A stretch of 64,000 nt of DNA from Octopus vulgaris (lineage: Eukaryota): the NCBI GenBank assembly GCA_951406725.2, contig OX597842.1, positions 3,410,001 through 3,474,000 on the forward strand. Reading direction: 5' to 3'. The position numbers and the translations under genes are program-made. Of this stretch, positions 57,165-64,000 are shown piece by piece. The notes under the pieces were generated by a model that was not told the origin of the DNA, did not search any database, and worked only from the letters and a program-made list of their open reading frames with translations. How positions within the stretch are numbered: the stretch's first letter is position 1; every line of letters starts with the position of its first letter.

Positions 57165-57992
57165 GTATGTGTATGTACATGGAAGGTATGTGAATATTTA
57201 TGTGTGTGTGTGTGTGTGTGTATGTGTGTGTGTGTGTACAATGGAAGGAGGATGGTGAACATTCAACGCTGAGAAGAAAAATCAAACAGCATTTCAACTC
57301 CATGTATAATGGAAGTATGTGAATGTACCTGTGATTATTATCTACCTTATTTTGTACCTTATCTATATATAAAATACTACAATTAGCCGTTAACCCATCG
57401 TCTCTAACCGCCATGTATTCCTCTGTATCTCTTTATTTTTATCACACTTTATCTTTATGTTCACCTTTTTATTTTTATTTTTTTATTTTTCGTCTTTATT
57501 TTTCGCTTTTTATCTCTTTTTTTTTTTTCATTTTTTAAATTTTATTTTAATATTTTACCCTTTATTTCTTGTACCTTTTACACTTTCACAATACTTTTCT
57601 AGAATTTATGACCCTATACGTGACGTCCTTTGTATCTTTATATACTTAGTTTTTACATCTTTACTTTTTTTTATTATATTTTATATTTATTATTATCCTT
57701 TACAATTATATTTAAATTTATATATATATTTTTTCCTTTTTGTGATCCCAACTTCATTAAAGTTTCACCCGCTTCCCCTTCTTTCCTCTTTCTCTCAACA
57801 TCCAATTCCTTCCCTTATATGAAGTAATCTACCCAGTATTCATTCTTTATTGAGTGAAGAAACGGTATGGACGATTTGTGTTGGAGTCTCGCAATACCAT
57901 GTACGCCTATGAGGATTTACTTTCCCAATGAAACTCGGTTTTTTCTCAGACCTGTTATAATGTGATACAAATCTTTGGTGTAGCGATTGTAC

Positions 57993-58085
57993 GCGGCTGA
58001 AGAAGGCTTTTGATCTATCTGTTATATCAATTATGCATTGATATAAGAATAAGTTGTTCAATAAAGCCCGAAACATATGTACCGC
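57993..58085 (+). ncRNA. Type I hammerhead ribozyme with long stem II
   Basis: gcgg-CTGAAGA-aggcttt...aaagccc-GAAA-catatg-TA-ccgc, with an apical hairpin ttatatcaat/attgatataa. Confidence 0.8.
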
Positions 58086-58638
58086 AAAATCCTTTGCGTC
58101 CTGTTTTTCTTTTGATATATATATATATATATATTCATTTATACATTTATTTATTTATTTATATATATATATTTATATATATATGTATGTATGTATGTAT
58201 GTATACATTCTTTCATTATTTCACTTGTGGAATGAAGAATTTGGGAATATATGTTAGGTTGCTTAGAGGACAAGTCAGTGCTTAGTAGTAGAAAAATATA
58301 TATGTGAAGATGTATAGACATGCATATATTGAACATGTATATAGACACTTACACACATCTTCCTGTTTTTGATTTGACCTTACGAACACTTTCACAATTT
58401 AAAACCCCTCGATCAAATAACACGGTTTACAAACACTATGCTCGGAATGACCAATTTTGAATACTATTGAAACTTACACAAAAAGGTACAGGAATCTTAT
58501 ATGTATACCATTCTGCTTAAATAATGGAACTGCAGATACAATATCCCTGCATATCTCACGTCTGTTTTCATTCCTCCACTTCACTCTCTATTTCATATCT
58601 TCTCTAGAATAACTATTGCTTTACCATTCTCTCACACC

Positions 58639-58686
58639 GTCTCCGAAGAAGGAATATATAAAATATCCCCGAAACAGCTGTAAGAC
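58639..58686 (+). ncRNA. Minimal type I hammerhead (C4 variant)
   Basis: gtct-CCGAAGA-aggaatat(ataaa)atatcccc-GAAA-cagctg-TA-agac. Confidence 0.7.
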
Positions 58687-58822
58687 CTTCTCTTTATAAA
58701 TGTTCTAAAATCTTTCACAGACTTGGGTTTTTATCTCATTCTATTAATTTTCGGCATTCGCCATGATAGATCGCTAGCCACTACACATTCTTTATTTTCT
58801 CTCCTTGTTCCTTTCTGTGTTC

Positions 58823-58858
58823 CTTTCTGTGGAAGAGCGTAGGATCGAAACGTTAAAG
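58823..58858 (+). ncRNA. Degenerate hammerhead in a Penelope-like 3' terminus (to about 58945)
   Basis: cttt-CTGTGGA-agagcgtaggatc-GAAA-cg-TT-aaag. Confidence 0.45.
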
Positions 58859-58939
58859 ACTTTTTCACTTCCCGAGTGTTATACTAATACATCTGTTCGT
58901 TGTCTACATCACCTGTCTTCATCTTTTTTTTTTTAATTC

Positions 58940-58988
<49 letters not shown>

Positions 58989-59251
58989 TGTTCTTTCTCG
59001 AGCCATGACTGGCTCATAAGGGCCGGTTTCTCGGTTTCTTGGCATATAGGTTCCCCACCTGGACGAGACGCCGGTCCGTCGTAGGTGAGCTGCAAGATAC
59101 AGGAGGAAAGAGTGAGAGAAAGTTGTGGTGAAAGAGTTAGCAGAAGTTCGCCATTACCTTCTGCCGGAGCCGCGTGGAGCTTAGGTCTGAAATTCGAACC
59201 CGCGATCCCTCGATCACGAGTGCGCTGCTCTAACCACTAGGCCATGTGCCT

Positions 59252-59318
<67 letters not shown>

Positions 59319-59972
59319 CGTGCATATTTAATACATTTACATATGGCGATGCCCCAGCATGGCCATAGCTCATGAGCTGAAACTAGAAGAGAAAAACAAA
59401 GAATATATATATATATATATATATATTTAACGCCGAAACATCACGTTCACACGCACATTAATACACATAAATATACATACACACATGTATACATATACAC
59501 ATAAGTACATACATACATACATACATACACACATACACTTATAAGAATGTATATTAAATGAATTCATACAGACGTCCATCCAATCATGCATCCATCCATC
59601 CATCCATCCATACATGCATGAGTACAAAATGCACGTATGTATTAAACATATGCGTTCGAAGTCAATACCTCTATATAACACAAATACACACACACACAGA
59701 AGCGCGCGCAGGAGAATCATTCCTAGGTATTCTACACGCATAATGACGTATATACACCCACCAAACAATTTAGCTCAATATATTCACCTCTCCTCTAGTA
59801 ACCCGCAAACATACCACATCATATTTACCTTACCCTCGTCCTCCGTATAATAATGAAATGGCCCCTCCGCCCTTACACCCGAGGAACATAAATAATTAAA
59901 TGCAAACCCACATTTATTATCCTTAATTAATTTCTGTCTGGGTCGGGACAATGATGACGTAGGGTAGGAGCG

Positions 59973-60041
<69 letters not shown>

Positions 60042-61075
60042 CAGATAGATATATACACATACATATATATATATATACATATATAAATATATATATATAT
60101 AAATTATATATATATACATATATATTATTATCAGTAGTAGTAGTAGTAGTAGTAGTAGTTAAAACAGCCTGATTGTATATATATTATATCGTATATGTAT
60201 ATATACACACATACTCATATGTATATACGTAAATGTATATATATATTTGTGAGTGTATGTATATATTTAGATATATATATACATGTATGTGTATATATAC
60301 ATACACACCGACCTACATATATATATGTATGTGTGTGTGTATATATATTTATGTGAGTGTGTGTATCTATGTATGTATGTATGTGTATATGTACGTATAT
60401 ATGTAGGTAGGTAGGTAGGTAGGTATGTGTGTGTATATATATATATATATATATAAACACACATATATATATATACGTATATGTATATATGTATACCTAT
60501 ACCTATACCTATACGCTCATATATGTATATACATATATACCTACCTACATATATACGTACATATACATACATACATACATACATACACACATACATACAT
60601 ACGTATATAGGTATACACGAATACATCTGCGTGCGGAAAGGGGCTGGAAATGAAATTAAGGTCTTTTCTGCAACTCGACCGTCTCCCTCCCTTCCGCTTC
60701 ACCTCTTTTGGAGAACCGAAGCTATGGGAGTAGGTGAGTGTGGGTGGTGGTGGCGGTAAGAAGTCGGGGGTCGGTGACAGGGGTTTCAAGTGTTTTCAAG
60801 TGTGAAGGTCAGCAAGCACTTCTGACAATGAAGTTAGCTTTCTAGACTGGGAACATAATAACGTCTAGCGCAAGCCTGGTTTCCTGAATACAGTTTGTGT
60901 ATGTAAGTGTGTGTGTGTGTGTATGTAAGTGTGTGTGTGTGTGTGTATGTGTGTGTGTATGTGTGTGTGTGTGTGTATGTAAGTGTGTGTGTGTGTGTCA
61001 ATGAGAGAGAGAATACGTGTCTTTATATATGGCTAGGTGCGTGTATATGTGTGTGTATATCAGTATATATGCGTG

Positions 61076-61483
61076 CCTGGGCCCTGTTGCCCGACATAGG
61101 CTCTTGCAGCAGCCACCCTTTTGATCCAGTGCAGCTCTACCGCCTTCAGCCCTCCGTGTTGAGTCTGAGGCCGTCTGGGAAGGTAAATGGAGGCATAACG
61201 TTACCATCACTGGGTGATCACTCCAAACACCACGATGTTGACTGGATGTTTGATTTTTATCACTCTCGGTACATGTTTTGGGGACACGGCAAGCCAACGG
61301 TTGTTCTGTGCGTTCACCATTTCTTCATATCTGAGCTTCTAAGCAGTACAGTGAGTCGTTTCAAAATTTCTGGCAGAGTGACTTGCGTAATGGTGCTGTT
61401 TTTCTCACTGATGGTGCCCAACTGACCCTACTATACTGTGTAGTTGACAAAATCAAAAACAAATATTTACCCATAGCACCCTG

Positions 61484-61485
<2 letters not shown>
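61076..61485 (-). mobile_element. Tc1/mariner DD37D (maT-like) internally deleted remnant
   Basis: TIR TA-CAGGGTG at the right end. Translates MVNAQNNRWLAVSPKHVPRVIKIKHPVNIVVFGVIT..MPPFTFP.GLRLNTE..LHWIKRVAA. Confidence 0.85.
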
Positions 61486-61515
<30 letters not shown>

Positions 61516-61659
61516 TGTATGTATGTATGTATGTATGTATGTATGTATGTATGTATGTATGTATGTGTGTGTTTGTACTTGTGTTTGTCACCCACCGTTT
61601 GTGAACCGGTGTTGGTGTGTTTACATCCCACTAACCTAGCCTTTCGGCCAAAGAAACCC

Positions 61660-62144
61660 TCAGCTAGTCATGGCCAATGAGGGTGGAAGATATTAAGCGA
61701 CTAGAATCCTTTGATCACCTCTGTCTACGCCGCATCCTTCGTGTCCGATGGCATCACTTTGTCTCCAACAATTCGGTGCGACACCAGTGCAGAATCACCT
61801 CCCTCCGACAAGTCATCCTAACGAGACGTTTGCGTTGATGGGTCATGCCCTCCGTCGTCAACCAGGAGAATTCATCTACGAAGCAATTGCCCCAGCTCCC
61901 CTTGAGGGGTGGCGAAAGCGATGTGGTGGACAACGAAAAACCTGGCTGATGACAGTCAAGGCTGATCTGGAACCCAACCTAGGCCCCCTTATCTACGGCG
62001 TTCGCCGCTGGAATAAGGAGTGGTTGGAGATCACGCGGTCGTTAGCCTCAAATCGCCAGGCCTGGTCGGCGTTTGTGAGAGATGCAGCATTGAGGATAAA
62101 TGAAGCCACCCCGGGTGAATACTGTAAGAAGAAGAAGAAGAAAA
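61660..62144 (+). mobile_element. RTE-clade LINE 3' end with a (GAA)n tail, inserted in a SINE A tail
   Basis: SWPMRVEDIKRLESFDHLCLRRILRVRW..VSN...RRLR/MGHALRR...WRKRCGGQRKTW...DL...NRQAWSAFVRD. Confidence 0.92.
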
Positions 62145-62811
62145 GACAGGGTAAATACTTGGCTTTATAAAAAAAAAAGAAAGCAACTACTGACATGGAT
62201 TCGTTCGACTAAAATTCTTCAAGGTAGTGCCCCAACTGGGCCGCAGTCAAATGGCTTAAACTAGTAAAAATAAAAATATGTATGTGTATGTGTGTGCGTG
62301 TGTGTGCGTGGGTATATGTGTTGCTTCTGTCCGTCAGTAGATATTTGATTTTGATAAAATCCTATTACTGGTGTGCCAATGATACGAACCAATATCTATA
62401 TCTTTAAGTTGCAGTGAACACACACACACACACATACTCACTCACACACGCATACACACACATGCCCGTTTGCTAATTGTACAGCCTCGTTACAATAGAA
62501 AAACATCACATCCTATAAATGGCATCTTGCTCCATTTATCCAGCTCGCTTTACAATACCTACCTGATGGTAACCATCACAGCGACACACAGACTAATTAT
62601 TACAGCTCCATCTACCGGAAACGTTATGTAACTTAACAACACAGTGTTTCTCTGTCGACAAGTTCTGCAGCTCTACCGACATTGATATTGTTAGAAGACC
62701 ACACGTACATCATTGTTTCCTAACCTATTTTCGCCCAGGCTCCACTTATAACTTTCCAGAAAAAAATGTATGTCCTTCCGGTGGTTGGATAAAAACTACC
62801 TGAGTTTTAAT

Positions 62812-63673
62812 ACTCTTTTACTCTTCTTTTATTTGTTTCAGTCATTTGACTGTGGACATGCTGGAGCACCGCCTTTGGTCGAGCAAATCGAACCCAGGAT
62901 TTATTGTTTGTAAGCCTAGTACTTATTCTATCGGTCTTTTTTGCCGAACCGCTAAGTTACGGGGATGTAAACACAGCAGCATCGGTTGTCAAGCGATGTT
63001 GGGGGAACAAACACTGACACACAAACATATATACACACATACATATACATACACACATACATATATATACACATAGACGACGGGCTTCTTTCAGTTTCCG
63101 TCTAATAAATCCACTCACAGGGCTTTGGTCGGTCTGAGGCTATAGTAGAAGACACTTGCCCAAGGTGCCACGCAGTGGGACTGCACCCGGAACCATGTGG
63201 TTTGTAAGCGAGCTAATTACCACACAGTCATTCCTGCGCCTATATTTTATCAAAATTATTTAACACAAAAGATTCTACCGGTAATTATGAAACTTGCTTC
63301 CTAACCACATGGTTCTGGGTTCAGTGTGGCACCTTGGGTAAGTGTATTCTACTCTAGCCTTGGGTCGACCAAAGCCTTGTGAGTGGATTTGGTAGACGGA
63401 AACTGAAAGAAGCCCATTGTAAACATACGTAAATGTGTGTATGTGGGCGCGCGTTTTTCTGTGTGCGTGTTGTGCCTCACCACCGTTTGACAACCGGTGC
63501 TGGTATGGTTACGTCCTTGTAACATAGCGGCTCGGCAAAAAGGCCGATAGAACAAGTTCAAAGCTTTAAAAAAGAGAATAAGTCCTGAGGATGATTCATT
63601 CAATTAAACATTCTTCAAGGCAGTGCTCCAGCATGGCCACAAACAAATAACTGAAACGAGTAAATGATAAAAG
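62812..63673. mobile_element. Head-to-head inverted pair of SINE family A copies
   Basis: Minus copy at 62812-63240 and plus copy at about 63290-63673. Confidence 0.9.
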
Positions 63674-63704
63674 ATGGTGACTAAAGAAAAAAGAGTGAAT
63701 CACT

Positions 63705-64000
63705 TCACTGAGTACCTTGTGCCTGGTGAATATGGCAGATTTCCTTGATTCGAGGAGACAATTTTTTCAGCTTCAGCCATAAAGCACCACGTTTTGTAAT
63801 TTCAAGTCTGCTTCTCTTGACTAGAAGCAAACCTTCAACAGCACTAAAGTCACATTCAACCAAATAAGACGCGGGGAAATGAATCATAAGTTCCTTTGCT
63901 GAAATGTTAGGGAGTTTCCTTTCAACGTCATCAGATAACCATATCTTAGAACCTTTCATTTTGAACAAAATATTCACGGAGTCTTTTGCATAAAATAATG
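63705..64000 (-). mobile_element. hAT Buster/Charlie-type transposase C-terminus (continues beyond the window)
   Basis: FPASYLVECDFSAV..LL..KRSRLEITKRG.L.LKL..L.P.I......HQAQGTQ* matches the Buster-family end F.S.YL.E.GFS...K.RNRL..Q...SH. Confidence 0.85.

Overview
Eukaryotic, microsatellite-saturated intronic or intergenic DNA, most likely from an octopus or other coleoid cephalopod. That assignment rests on recalled octopus tRNA-SINE families and was not verified by a search. No intact protein-coding gene is supported, and almost every ORF in the track is a translation of (TA)n, (CA)n, (TACA)n or triplet repeats. The window holds dozens of SINE copies from about five families, decayed Tc1/mariner (DD34D and DD37D/maT-like), hAT, Helitron, RTE and RLE-type LINE fragments, and many short TA-embedded Penelope-like termini. 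The most notable signals are: (i) a dozen or so minimal type I hammerhead-ribozyme motifs, intact to partial, including one with a compensatory U3-A8 core at the tip of a rod-like ~380-nt element (6441-6823); (ii) a short LTR plus tRNA-Ser primer-binding site fused directly to a fragment of the chaperonin CCT5 coding sequence (11991-12240); (iii) a 167-bp near-perfect inverted repeat (39920-40262); (iv) SINE multimers sharing one palindromic junction at three loci. Coordinates were read by eye, so repeat boundaries are approximate.
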